Source: Squalus acanthias (lineage: Eukaryota). Taken from it: a stretch of 64,000 nt of DNA. The stretch is from positions 47,246,001-47,310,000 of the forward strand of contig CM059432.1 in NCBI GenBank assembly GCA_030390025.1, in the 5' to 3' direction. The position numbers and the translations under genes are program-made. The notes under the pieces are model-generated. The model did not search any database and was not told the DNA's origin. It saw nothing but the letters and a program-made list of their open reading frames with translations. Each line of letters opens with the position of its first letter. The first letter of the stretch is position 1. This document shows positions 27,284 to 40,145 of the stretch, one piece after another.

Positions 27284-29323
27284 ATGGAAAGTGGAAGGCA
27301 GCTATGGCTCAACAGGGCACCTAGGTTCTCAGACACAGCACTGGCGGCCTTAGTGCAGGAGGTCAAAAGGAGGAGCCGGATCCTCTACCTGCAGGGGGCC
27401 AGGAGGCCTTCTAGACTGACAGTAGAAAGGCAGTGGGGGAAGATTGCTGAAGCAGTCAGTGCCACCAGTCTTTCCCCCTGAACTAGATCCAGTGCCGAAA
27501 GAAGTTTAATGATTTCACACAAGTAGTCAAGGTCTGTAAATGCATCTTTAAATGCCATATCCTACCATCCACACCACAAGCTTCACACACTGCTCAATGC
27601 ACCACACCATCACTCACCTATCCACAATCTCTAGCAATCATGACTCATACCTCACAATCATAGCCTCACCTCACACACTTGCTACTATTGCAAGCCTCAC
27701 ACTCACATCTCAGACCTTGCACACACTGCCAACTATTCAACCATGACAGGCACATCACTCAAACACACAGCACCACACTCATGACACACTTCCCTTTCTC
27801 TTGCAGGCCAAGATGGTGCATGACCAGCACCAGCAGCAGCTAACAGGTGGGGGGCAGGCACAGCTGCATAACCTGACCGAGCTGGAGCAGTCAGTGCTAG
27901 ACATCATTGGAGGGGCAGTCACTAAAGCCGTGGCGATCGACGAGGCTGAAAGCATTGATGATGACTGCATGCTCATACCTAATCCTCCTTCTCGCATCCC
28001 ATTTTCCCCTCATCCCACAATCACTTCTCACTTACAAGCTGCTGATGGTGTAAACATGCACATCTTGTTTTCAACCCCTCTCCTCATCACAACCCTACCC
28101 TTGTGCCTTTCTCCTTTCAGATACCCAAGAACTCCAACCAGCCCATCCAGTGCAGGAAGAACAAGAGGAGGAGAGTGATGAAGAGACGAGACACTGTCAC
28201 GCGATCTGACACTTGCAGGCACCAGCTCAGAAAATGGCACAGCGCTTACTTTAGAGGGTAGTATAGAGGTGGGATCTGCATGTGGTGAGTCAGCGGGCAC
28301 GAGTGGCCTGCAACCAGGGCAGGGGATAAGGGTAGTGCAGATGCCAGCTCCCTGGAGGGCAAAGTCACATATGAGTTCTGCTGCAGAGGACTCATATGAA
28401 GGCTTCGATCGTGCGGCCTTCAGAAGGGTGATGGGCATGCACACAGAAATGCTTGGTACATTGGCAGGCCTGCCAGAGAGCCTGCTGTCACCGTCAAGAA
28501 GCATGGAGGAGTCCGGCTCCAACTTTGCATAGGGCTTTGCGCAGAGCTTGGAGCGCAAGATTTCCAGGATGGAAGTGATGGGCAACTCCATTGGTGCACT
28601 AATGGACCCAACCACGATGCAAGGTCTGATGGGCAATGTCTCAGCTTCCATTGCACCACAAGCAGAAGGAGCCCAATGTCGGAGTGCTGCAGTGGAAGCT
28701 CAGACTTCGGTCATTCAAGCTCAGACTGCTGCCATTGTGGCTGCATTTACTAGTAGGAAAAGGGGCTTGCAGGCAATGTTCCCTTTAAGCTGTGCGGTCG
28801 CTCCGCTCTCTGGACCTTCCGTGCAGTTGGCTTTTCAATGGTAATAACCGCACATGTGCGGCATTTTGAATGAGCTGCGCAGGTCCTTAAAGGGGCCACG
28901 CACCCAAAAGAATTAACAGGAACATTGCTTGCAGGGTCTCACAGCAGTCCAGCAATCTGTCCAACAGATTACTAGGATTGCTGAGGCGCCGCCCTGGGGG
29001 AGTGCCAATGGCTCTGTGGAGCACGAACGTGTTGTCCTCTCTCAGGATGACAGCATTTGCATTACTGCTACTCCACCAGTGCCCTTGCTGTTGCCTGTCG
29101 GCCAGCCAGCCCAGACTGCTGCCGTCGATGCCGAGGTTGTGCAGTCTACAGCCGGGCCTTCTAGGCCCAGAGCTGCTCGAGGTCGTCCTGCAAGGCCATC
29201 TGCAGTCTCGCCCAGTGTAAGGCAGCAGCCTTCCACCAGCCATGCTGCAACCACTGAGGTAGCACTTCGTAGGAGCACCAGGATAGGCAAAGGCACACAA
29301 AAGACAGGCACTAAGGGTGACTA
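27284..29323 (+). pseudogene. Harbinger Myb/SANT-like DNA-binding protein gene; exons about 27284-27531, 27807-27966 and 28121-29323
   Basis: RAPRFSDTALAALVQEV...W..IAEAVSA...QCRKKFND, then TGGG...LTELE..VLDIIG; polypyrimidine-CAG acceptors; in-frame stops and frameshifts. Confidence 0.82.
28774..28927. mobile_element. 154-bp hAT-type MITE
   Basis: TIRs CAATGTTCCCTTTAA / TTAACAGGAACATTG; perfect 8-bp TSD CTTGCAGG at 28766-73 and 28928-35. Confidence 0.88.
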
Positions 29324-30475
29324 GTTGACTTTGTCATGTAGTTTTGGAATGAATCATTTATAAATTATGTTTGTTTTGTGGTGGCTTTCATTTCAGCATT
29401 TGGCCAAGAGGACGCTGAGATATTCTGTGACAGGGATGGTAAGGTGGGGTAGTGCTGAGCAACGGGGATCTGGGGTTTCATTCAGGGGAACCAGAGTCCG
29501 AGGAGGAAGGGAGGAGGCAGCCTGCAAATCCACATTCACAGACAGCTCGTCCGGATTGTAGATTTGCAGGCAGCCTCCTCCCTTCCTCCTCCTCCGGAGG
29601 TGGACGTGGAACCCGTGGTGGCAAGGGCTGCGCCCTCATGATGGCCAAGTTGTGGAGGATGCAGCAGACCACCATGAGTTGGGACAGCTGCTCCGCCGAG
29701 TACTGAAGAGCTCGTCCCGAGCAGTCAAGGCAGTGGAACCGTTGCTTCAGCACCCTGATGGTCTGCTCGATGATGTTCCTCGTGGCAGCATGGCTGTCAT
29801 TATACGAGTGCTGGCAATGAGTGGTGGGTAGTCATCAGCCATGTGTAGAGCAGTTAGCCCTCGTCACCTAGCAGCCACCCATGGGTTCGACGTGGTGGCT
29901 GGAAGATTGCTGGCACAGCAGACTGGCGCAGGATGAAGGCTGCTGCCAGGATACTGGGCATTCACCATCATGCTGCGTTGGGCGTGGTCACACACCAACT
30001 GCACATGGTGAGTGGTACCCTTTGCGGTTACGGAACATCTCACCATTGATGTGCGGCGCCCGCAAAGCCACGTGTGTGCAGTTGATGGCATCCTGCACCA
30101 TAGGGAAGACCAATATCCTGCCAAAGCCACATGCGCAGTCCTCCTGCTCCTCTCTGTTTGGAGAGAAGAAATGAAGTTTCCTCTCCTAGAGTACAGGTCC
30201 TCTGTGACCTCCCGGATGCGACCGACGGCGAACTGCGAGATGTTTGCTATGTTGCCTGTTCCAGCCTGGAAGGATCCGCTGACAAAAAAAAATTGAGGGC
30301 CAAGGTCACCTTGAGGGCCACTGGCAGAGCCGTCGTCGCCCTGCCCGGAGGCTGCAGGTCTGGTTCCAAGGTGGCAGAATTCTGTAACCACCACCTTGGT
30401 GAAGCGGAGCCGCCGAACACGCTGCTCCTGGCTTAAGTGCAAGTAGAAGTGCTCCCTGAAGACCCTAGGTGGATG

Positions 30476-32918
30476 GTTGCCCTAGCCCTGAACTCACATC
30501 TTTCTCCAGTTTCTCTCCGATCTCCCCTCTTGCCCTCTCCACGCTCATCCTGTCCATGAAACCCACTTCCTGCTCCCTCGACCCTATTCCCACTAAACTG
30601 CTGACCACCCAACTTTCTTTTCTGGCTCCCATGTTAGCGGACATTGTTAACGGTTCGCTATCCTCGGGTACCGTCCCACTCTCCTTCAAATCTAGTCATC
30701 ACTCCTCTCCTCAAAAAACCAACCCCTCCATCCTTGCAAACTACCGCCCCATCTCCAACCTCCCTTTCCTCTCCAAAGTCCTTGAACGTGTTGTCGCCTC
30801 CCAAATCCGTGCCCATCTTTCCCGGAACTCCATGTTTGAATCCCTCCAATCCGGTTTCTGCCCTTGCCACAGTACCGAAATGGCTCTCAAAGTCACAAAT
30901 AACATCCTTTGTGACTGTCACAAAGATAAACTATCCCTGCTCGTCCTTCTCAACCTCTTTTTTTTTTTATCCGTTTTTTTTATATGGGATCTGGGCGTCG
31001 CTGGCAAGGCCAGCATTTATTGCCCATCCCTAGTTGCCCTTCAGAAGGTGGTGGTGAGCTGCCTTCTTGAACCACTGCAGTCCGCGTGGTGAAGGTACTC
31101 CCACAGTGCTGTTAGGTAGGGGGTTCCAGGATTTTGACCCAGCGACGATGAAGGATCGGCGATATACTTCTAAGTCAGGATGGTGTGAGACTTGGAGGGG
31201 AACTTGGAGGTGGTGGTGTTCCCATGCATCTGCTGCCCTTGTCCTTCTAGTTGGAAGAGGTTGTGGGTTTGGGAGGTGCTGCCGAAGAAGCCTTGGTGAG
31301 TTGCTGCAGTGCATCTTGTAGATGGTACACACTGCAGCCACGGTGCGCCGGTGGTGGAGGGAGTGAATGTTTAAGGTGGTGGATGGGGTGCCAATCAAGC
31401 GGGCTGCTTTGTCCTGGATGGTGTCGAGCTTCTTGAGTGTTGTTGGAGCTGCACTCATCCAGGCAAGTGGAGAGTATTCCATCATACTCTTTACTTGTGC
31501 CTTGTAGATGGTGGAAAGGCTTTAGGGAGTCAGGAGGTGAGACACTCGGCACAGAATACCTAGCCTCTGACCTGCTCTTGTTGCCACAGTATTTATGTGG
31601 TTGGTCCAGTTAAGTTTCTGGTCAATGGTGACCCCCAGGATGTTGACGGTGGGGGATTCGGCGATTGTAATGCCGTTGAATGTCAAGGGGAGGTGGTTAG
31701 ACTCTGACTTGTTGGAGATAGTCATTGTCTGCAGCCTTTGACACAGCTGGCCACTCCATCTTCCTCCAACGCCTCGCTACCATCGTCCAGCTGGGTGGGA
31801 CTGCACTCGCCTGGTTCCATTCTTATCTATCTAATCGTAGCCAGAAAATTACCTGCAATGGCTTCTCTTCCCACTCCTGCATTGTTACCTCTGGGGTCCC
31901 CCAAGGATCTATCCTTGGCCCCCTCCTATTTCTCATCTATATGCTGCCCCTTGGCGACATCATCCAAAAACACAGCGTCAGTTTCCACATGTACACTGGC
32001 GACACCCAGCTCTACCTCAGCACCACTTCGCTCGACCCCTCCATGGTCTCTAAATTGACACACTGCTTGTCCGACATCCAGTATTGGAGGAGCAGAAATG
32101 TTCTCCAATTATATATTGGGAAGACCGAGGCCATTGTCTTTGGTCCCCGCCACAAACTCCTTTCCCTAGCATCTGTCTGAGGCTGAACCATACTGTTCGC
32201 AACCTTGGTGTCATATTTGATCCTGAAATGAGCTTCCGACCACATATCCGTGACATAATTAAGGTTGCCTACTTCCACCTCCCGTCTCCGCCCCTGCATC
32301 AGCTCATCTGCTGCTAAAACCCTCATCCGCTGCTAAAACCCTCATCCATGCCTTTGTTACCTCTAGACTTGACTATTCCAATGCACTCCTGGCTGGCCTC
32401 CCACATTCTACCCTACGTAATCTTGAGGTCATCCAAAACTCGGCTGCCCGTGTCCTAACTCGCACCAAGTCCCGTTCACCCATCACCCCTGAGCTTGCTG
32501 ACCTACATTGGCTCCCAGTTAAGCAACGCCTTGATTTCAAAATTCTCATCCTTGTTTTCAAATCCCTCCATGGCCTTGTCCCTCCCTATCTCTAATCTCG
32601 TTCAGCCCCATAACCCCACCCCCACCCCCGAGATATCTGCGCTCCTCAAATTCTGCCCTCTTGAGCATCCCTGATTATAATCATTCAACCATCGGTGGCC
32701 AGGCCTTCAGCTGCTTAGGCCCCAAGCTCTGGAACTCCCTCCCTAAACCTCTCCGCTTCTCTTTCCTCCTTTACAATGCTCCTTAAAACCTACCTCGTTC
32801 TGCCCTAACTTCTCCTTATGTGTCTCGGTGTCAATTATTTGTCTTCTAACACTCCTGTGACGCGCCTTGGGACGTTTTACTATGTTAAAAGCGCTATATA
32901 AATACAAGTTGTTGTTGT
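30476..32918 (+). mobile_element. L2 LINE (RT plus 3' tail), itself interrupted at 30957-31725
   Basis: KPTSCSLDPIPT, NYRPISNLPFLSKVLE, LSAAFDT, GVPQGSILGP and HMYTGDTQLY; tail aaatacaagttgttgttg. Confidence 0.92.
30957..31725 (-). mobile_element. 3' fragment of a distinct non-LTR retrotransposon family with an A-rich tail
   Basis: ILGVTIDQKLNW..HI, MEYSPLAW and SKSWNPLP ORF end; AATAAA and A-rich tail; L2 codons LLN|LSAAFD rejoin across it. Confidence 0.85.
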
Positions 32919-33759
32919 AAGGTCTCCTGCTGAGAGCCCTCCTCCCCCTCCCGGTGAGCAGCTTGTCTTCTTTGCTGCCTCTGCTCCATCTCCCCGTCAT
33001 GCTGCAGCACGACGGGGACTGCAACTAGAGCCCCCATGACTGGGAGCAAGTGGTGTACTCAGAGGCCTTCCAGTAGCAGCCACACCTTCCCAACATCCAG
33101 CAGCACTCCCTGCACACTAACAACGTTTTAAATGTCTTCCAGCAAGCTAGTACTCCTACAACCTCTGCAAGAGCCAGTACAAGAGAAATAATCAACTTAG
33201 CTGCAAGTTGGATGTTTCCCTTTAAATAGTGCTGGTGAGGGGTCCCTCGTTCAGCTCTGCATGTTTAGCAGAGGGCGTTCAATGGAGCGGTGACCTCAAA
33301 AATGGCAGGTCGTGCGTCAAATCAGCGTTACACGCTGACTTATGTCACGATCTGCCTACTCTGCATACTGCCGGCGCGCACACATGCCGCCCGTGCCATC
33401 GCCCTGATCAAGATGGCAAACAGCACGCGCGAGCACCATTTTTTTTAAAACGGGCTTACCTATCGGCACTAAGGTGCCGAATTTCGTAGTCATATTTTTA
33501 GTAAGTTTACTATATACCAGAACTGAAGTGATAACAGATGAGACTGGTATGTTGTGGGGGTGTTCCTCCTTAAAAACCATGCTGAAAGCAGATGCCGTTT
33601 ATATAGCTAATGAGAAAACTAAGACCGAGTACGATAGCTGCTCAAACTCATTACCTGGAAAGCGTTTGTGTCTCAGATCATTAGGTGCTGGGGGTTCAAC
33701 CTTTGCATTGACCCAACATCAGCCTCATCTATCACAACTACAAGAGCTGTTTGGGGCAT

Positions 33760-33960
33760 GAAATGCTTTGCTAGAGGAAATGGTTGAGGCAGAGACCATT
33801 GTATCTTTTATGGGAAAATTAGATACATTTTTGAAGCATATAAAGATACAAGTATATGAGAAAATGGGGCAGCGGGATTAGTTTTGGATTTTTCTAGCAA
33901 AGAGCCAGCACAGATACAATAGTCGAAATGGCATTCTCTGTTCTGTAAAATTCTATGGTT
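33760..33960 (+). mobile_element. Degraded CR1 3' tail
   Basis: gaaatgg..ttct.tgttctgtaaaattctatg end. Confidence 0.55.
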
Positions 33961-35077
33961 CTAGCAACAACATGTACTGCTACAACAACTTCCATTTCTA
34001 CAGTGCTTTTAACATAGAAAAATATCCTAAGGTGGTTCACGGAGGCATAATCGGACAAAAACAGATGCCAAGGCAAAGAATGAGATATTAGATGGGGTGG
34101 CCAAAAGCTTGGTCAGAGGTAGATTTTAAGGAGGGTCTTAAAAGGAGGAGTTATGATTGGAATTACCTCACATCTTAATTTGAATTTTTACAAACTAATT
34201 TTACTAAACTGATAGCACACTTATACAAATTGAACCATAACCTATTTAAATAAATGGAAACAGGAAAGGTAGGAAAAAATGGGCCTAGTTACTTGAGTAT
34301 ACTATGCTCACAATGGTTAATTGTTACAGGCTGGTATAGTGGAGAGACCATAATCATACTAAGCTTAAAACTGAAACGTTTGAAGGTTTCAAACTGGATG
34401 CAAATTACGCTGTTCCATTGAGATAATTGAATGAATTTCACATTACCGACTCCACAATCTGTACCTGTAAACCAGATTCTAAATATTTTGTAGACAAACT
34501 ACTTTCAAATATTACTCCCAAAAACAAAGCCAGTATCTGACCTGATTTTAGGTCTTTTCTTAGCATCAGTGCTTGCAGGACGCAAGCAGCAAATGTTATC
34601 ACTAGAGCAGAATCATTATCATTTTACATGATGATATGTTATATTAATTAGTATAACACTGAGCATTGAAATTAAAATTTGTTCTAGCATAGTTATATGC
34701 CAACTTTTTACAGTGCAGTTAAGTACAGGATATTTTATCTCTTACTCGCTATCTTTTGTACTCACAAAACATAATACAAATAGTTCAAAGAACTCGTTCC
34801 ATTAAGAAACCCTTTTATGTTATTAAAAAATGAAATATGACAACCTTCCAAACAATATAGAACAAGAGGATTTTCTAAAGAATTTGCATCGTTTGTGTTT
34901 TGTAATTAATTATATTTTACCATCCCCCACGATGAGTAGTTGAGCATGAAACCTCAGTGCTTCAAAATATCTCAAATCATACACAACAGTGCTAAACACT
35001 AATTCATTGCAAAAGTAGTTTAGTACTGCCACTAATTTTAAAACGGGTTAAAAAAAAAAAAAAAGTGAATGCCATAC

Positions 35078-35129
35078 CTGCACAGAATGGATTGGTAGGG
35101 TTGAAATTAAGTGGAAATTCATGCGAAAC
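35078..35129 (-). CDS. CPNE3: Copine exon [17 protein letters not shown](G)
   Basis: 52 nt, cag/gtatgg boundaries, after a 92-nt intron. Confidence 0.94.
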
Positions 35130-35221
35130 CTGGAGGGAAGAAAAAGCCACTGAAAGTATAAATTGTACACAAAATATAAAATAATATTAGTAATATCTTT
35201 CATTAATTGATCCATATTTAC

Positions 35222-35276
35222 CTGCCAATTAGGGGGTATCTGTGCACCAAATCCAAATGCCGGGAACAATTTGTCT
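35222..35276 (-). CDS. CPNE3: Copine exon (T)[18 protein letters not shown]
   Basis: 55 nt, phase 2 to 0, tag/gtaaat boundaries; FPAFGFGA motif. Confidence 0.94.
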
Positions 35277-37339
35277 CTAAAATAAAATAATCATAATCAG
35301 ACACTTGCCAGCAAACTGAAAGGCAAGAAAGCATACATCATAACCAACAGTGAGATACAACAAATTTTCTGCACAAGCAAGACTAATAGGATATCTCCAT
35401 CAATGTCCCCAAATTCTAGGGTGCATTTATTTTGCAGACCAAACGGTTCCAGCCAGACAGTACCTTGTTTATAATGCCTAGCTCAGATTAAAATTTGTCG
35501 TCACCAAAAAAATAGCCTTGCACATGTATGCTCACAGGCATGCTTCTAGCTCCCCTTTGGTAACATTTTTAAAAGTGTTCAGGAGATCCAATGGAAATCA
35601 GACATAGTATTCCTGACCGCGAAAGGGTTTCAAACTTTCAAGTTCCTCGACTCATGGGACCGAGCAAGCCACTCTTTTCAATAGAGACAGACTGTAGAGT
35701 AGGTCTTGATTACACAAGGAAAACAACTGAATGCTCAAATCAAATAGTGTTCAAGCACGTTATATTAGAATTAGAAATAATGGAGGAAGAGAATGAGAAA
35801 GAGGTTTATGGCTGATAAACTACAAAAAATGAAGACCATGCTGAAGGTTATCTTGCTCCCTTTCTTATTTATATGCATAAGATTATTGCAGTGAAGTGAC
35901 AAAAGATGAGGCAGAAGGTGAAGTATCTATCATTTGTTTAGGCCTAACCATGTAACTAATGACAAAAATTCTGTTTTCTTTGGAAGATTAGTCCAGCCAA
36001 TAAGTACTTAGTAAAGGAGTGACCAATACTTCACATAGCCGCATTACATGGAATGCTCACATAATATGGCCACAGCTTCAGTTGTAGCCGGTTACACTTG
36101 ATGTGGTAGGTACTAACCTGTCTATATGGAACAAAGATGTACATTTACATGGCACAGTAATCTAGAATTCTAAAAACATCTTGCAGCAAAACCTCTGAGA
36201 CACACATCAGTGAAAGTAATTTTGGTAGTATAATCCTGAGGAAACAATGAGCTAATTTTAGGTTATCTCCATTGGAGTGGTCTAGAAATAACCTGATTCA
36301 AGGTACAAGTAAAAGGCACATCTATTCTGAGAGACTGGTATATTATGCTTCCAGAGGAGCCGGTAACAAACCAGGCAACAGGGAGGCATACAAGCCAACA
36401 AAAACTATTACTGGCCTCAGAAATAGTTTCTCCAGATTAACAGCTCTCCAGATATACCACAAGAGGGCAGCCTCTCAAATTCATGGCTAGGGCGACTGCT
36501 CTAACTTCATGTTGGACACAGAGAAATTAACCCAGTTCAGCATCGCGAGATTGAAAGTTTCAAATATTGATGGATCTGCTCGGCAGCTAAACTGCAAGTT
36601 TTTACTCACTATGATCAAGCAGCAAAAATATGACCTGTTGATGGGGACAGTTGTGGAAGAGAAGAAACCAATCCATCAGATTAGGTTTTACAAGCCCACA
36701 TTATTTACAAATCCATTTCAGCCCCCCAAAACAGCATAATTTTAACAAGTGGATCATGGGATCTGCATAAATCTATAGATCCATGGCTCAACATGAATCA
36801 AAATTAAAACTCTTGCTAAAATTTGCATATTTTGTGTTTCATACACCCCTCACTCTACATACAAAAACTCAATTAAATCACTTCCATTTGGAACACAATG
36901 AATAATTAATACGGATGTTTTATTTCTATAAAATTGAGAAGCTAAAAGGCATTTAAAAATGTTCATACCCATCATCAAGACAGTCTACCAAATACAGATC
37001 AACTCTCTAATTGACTTAGACAATTTATTTGAGAGCGGTCAGAGCTTCAGGAAATTTAGAGCATGAAAATTTGACAGGTTTTCTCTGAAGCCAGATTGGT
37101 GACTAAAGAGCAGGTTGGGATTGATTTTTTTGCAACAGCTTCTCAATCACTGTAGTGCCCATGAGCTTTGACAAGACTGGTAGTGGGGACATTGCTCTGC
37201 AATTATCTCAACCACTGGTTAGAGGAGAAATTTAAAGATAAATTATGCTGGAAAAGTAAATTTAAAAATAGATATTGTTGGAATTGCACATTGGGTTGAT
37301 CACTGTTTGAGAAAATACAGATTAATATTTCAGATGCAA

Positions 37340-38912
37340 TAGTTCACGAGAACTTTTGAGGTTGTAACTAGCAGGGTAGATAATGGGGAACCAGTGGATG
37401 TGGTGTATTTGGATTTTCAGAAAGCATTCAATAAAGTGCCACACAAGAGGTTATTACACAAAATTAGGGCTCATGGGATTGGTTGCATGGATTGAGGATT
37501 GGTTAACAGACAGAATACAGAGAGTAGGAATAAACGTGTCATTTTAAAGTTGGCAGGCTGTAACTAGTGGGGTACCGCAAGGGCTTGGGCCTCAGCTATT
37601 TACAATCTATATCAATGGCATACATGAGGGGACTGAGTGTAATGTATCCAAGTTTGCTGACGATACAAAGCTAGGAAAAATAGAAAAGCAGAATATTCCT
37701 TAAATGGTGAGAGGCTGGGAAATGTTGGTATTCAGAAGGGCCTGGGTGTCCTTGAAAGAAAAAGAAAGACTTGCATTTATATAGCGCCTTTCATGACCAC
37801 CAGACGTCTCAAAACGCTTTACAGCCAATGAAGTATTTTTGAAGTGGAGTCACTGTTGTAATGTGGGAAACGCAGCAGCCAATTTGCACACAGCAAGATC
37901 TCTCAAACAGCAATGTGCTAATGACCAGATAATCTGTTTTTGTTATGTTGGTTGAGGGATAACTCCCCTGCTCTTCTTCGAAATAATGCCATGGGATCTT
38001 TTATGTCCACCTGAGAGAGCAGACAGGACCTCGGTTTAACGTCTCATCTGAAAGACGGCACCTCTCACAGTGCAGCACTCCCTCAGTACTGCACTGGAGT
38101 GTCAGCCTAGCTTTATGTGCTCAAGTCGCTGGAGTGGGACTTGAACCCACAACCTTCTGACTCAGAGGCGAGTGTGCTACCCACTGAGCCACAGCTGACA
38201 CGTCTCACACGTACACGAATCACAGAAAGTTAACATGCAGGTACAGCAAGCAATTAGGAAAGCAAATGGTATGTTAGCCTTTCTTACAAAAGGATTGGAG
38301 TATATAAGAGTAAAGAAGTCTTACTGCAATTATATAGGGCCTTGGTGAGACCACACCTGGAGTAATGTGTACAGTTTTGGTATCCTTACCTAAGGAAGGG
38401 TATACTTGCCATAGAGAGAGTGCAACAAAGGTTCACTAGACTGATTCCTGGGACTGGGGGGGGAGGGGAGGAGAGATTGAGTAGACGAGGCCTATATTCC
38501 CTAGAGTTTAGAAGAATGAGAGGTGACCTCATTGAAACATATAAAATTCATAAGGGGCTGGACAGGGTAGATGCTGGGAGAATGTTTCCCCTGGCTGGGG
38601 GGTCTAGAACTAGGGGGACACAGTCTCAAAATAAGGGGTCAGCTATTTAGGACTGAGATGAGGAAAAATTTCTTCACTCAGAGGGTTGTGAACCTTTGGA
38701 ATTCTCTACCCCAGAGGGCTGTGGATGCTCAGTCATTGAGTATATTCAAGACAGACATCGATAGATTTTTGGATACTAAGGGAATCAAGGGATATTGGAT
38801 AGTGTGGGAAGGTGGAGTTGAGATAGAAGGTCAGCCATGATCTTATTGAATAGCGGCGCAGACTCGAAGGGCCGAATGGCCTACTCCTGCTCCTTTTTCT
38901 TATATTCTTATG
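37340..38912 (+). mobile_element. CR1 fragment interrupted by a SINE
   Basis: VDVVYLDFQKAF and KFADDTK coding remnants; ORFs 38420 and 38571; CR1 tail. Confidence 0.88.
37754..38200 (-). mobile_element. Full-length tRNA-derived Deu-domain SINE (SacSINE1-like)
   Basis: Minus strand begins GTGTCAGCTGTGGCTCAGTGG (A box) ... GGTTCAAGTCC (B box), Deu core, L2-type tail with (TTTC)n. Confidence 0.85.
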
Positions 38913-39189
38913 TACATGAGCTTTAATGATCAGTCCCAATCGAAACCCTATTTTTCCTCTGTCCAAATTAGTGCATTGCCAGCATTTTCTGTTAGCGATC
39001 ACAAGTAAGGATGATAATATGGGAGGGTCTGAGCAATGGTGGGGAACTAAATCACTGGTAACTACAGTTGAATATAATTAAAGAATAATTCCTGCTAAAA
39101 AAATGAAAACTATCCAAACCCTTCTTGTACTTGTATGGTACAAAACAGTTTCATTTTAAAACACATTTGTACAAAATTTTTCCTCAAGA

Positions 39190-39550
39190 AAAGAGAAGAC
39201 TGAGGGGTGACCTGCTAGAGGTCTTTACGATTATGAAAGTGTTTGATAGCGTGAGACCAGAACTAGGGGCCATAAATATAAGATAGTCATTAATAAATCC
39301 AATAGGGAATTCAGGAGAAACTTCTTTACCCAGGAGCGGTTAGAATGGGGAACTCGCTATAAGGAGCAGTTGAGGTGAATAGCATAAATGCATTTAAGGG
39401 GAAGTTAGATAAGCACATGAGAGAGAAAGGAATAGAAGGATATGTTGATGGGGTTAGATGAAGAGGGGTGGGAGGAGGTTCATGTGGAGCATAAACACCA
39501 GCATGGATTTATTGGGCTGAATGGTCTGTTTCTGCGCTGTAAATACTTTG
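39190..39550 (+). mobile_element. CR1 3' fragment
   Basis: Reverse-homologous to 19240-19620. Confidence 0.8.
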
Positions 39551-40004
39551 TAATATAAATTTGCATTTCAAAAAAATACACAAATAAAACAAACCCTAAA
39601 AATAAAGTCTACAGTGTTTCTCTTGCAGATTTGAAGGTTAAATTTCAAATGTGTAACAATAAATAGAATAACTAAAAAACAATTGTTATACATCATTCAC
39701 AATTCAGTATTTGCATCAGTAAATGATCAACATTAAAGCAATGCTACAAGGTTCACACACTCAAATGCAGCTGTGAAGAGCAGAAATGAGATTCCTATAT
39801 AGAGGAAGAGAAGGCAAATTGCCTCAGTCTAATCTCACACTTTTTTTTTAAAAAAGGAAAAAAAACATTGTCAAAGTCTTGGAATCAGGTCACCTATCCA
39901 CCCTCTAGGCAAAGATATATGTCTAGCCCAAGGAAACCAAGAAAGGGGCACATAATAAAAGGCAAGAAGCCAGATTGATAAAATAAACAAACAGGAATGC
40001 ATTA

Positions 40005-40145
<141 letters not shown>

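Larger units (their letters stand above)
29478..33037 (-). pseudogene. Harbinger (HARBI1-like, DDE_Tnp_4) transposase in pieces 33037-32919 and 30475-29478, split by an L2
   Basis: RRPY|PPRVFRE..LHLSQEQ.VRRLRF, SGSFQ, CTHVALRAP, NRKGYHS, VQLVCD, YPGSS, GWLLGD.G, IEQTI.VLKQRF.CLD and CCILHNLA motifs across frameshifts. Confidence 0.9.
26988..33490. mobile_element. Formerly autonomous PIF/Harbinger transposon (convergent Myb/SANT and transposase genes), decayed, with three nested insertions
   Basis: Both hallmark genes present; ends GGGGGCTAAATTCG / CGAATTTCGTAGTC are only weakly inverted, so the limits are approximate. Confidence 0.85.
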
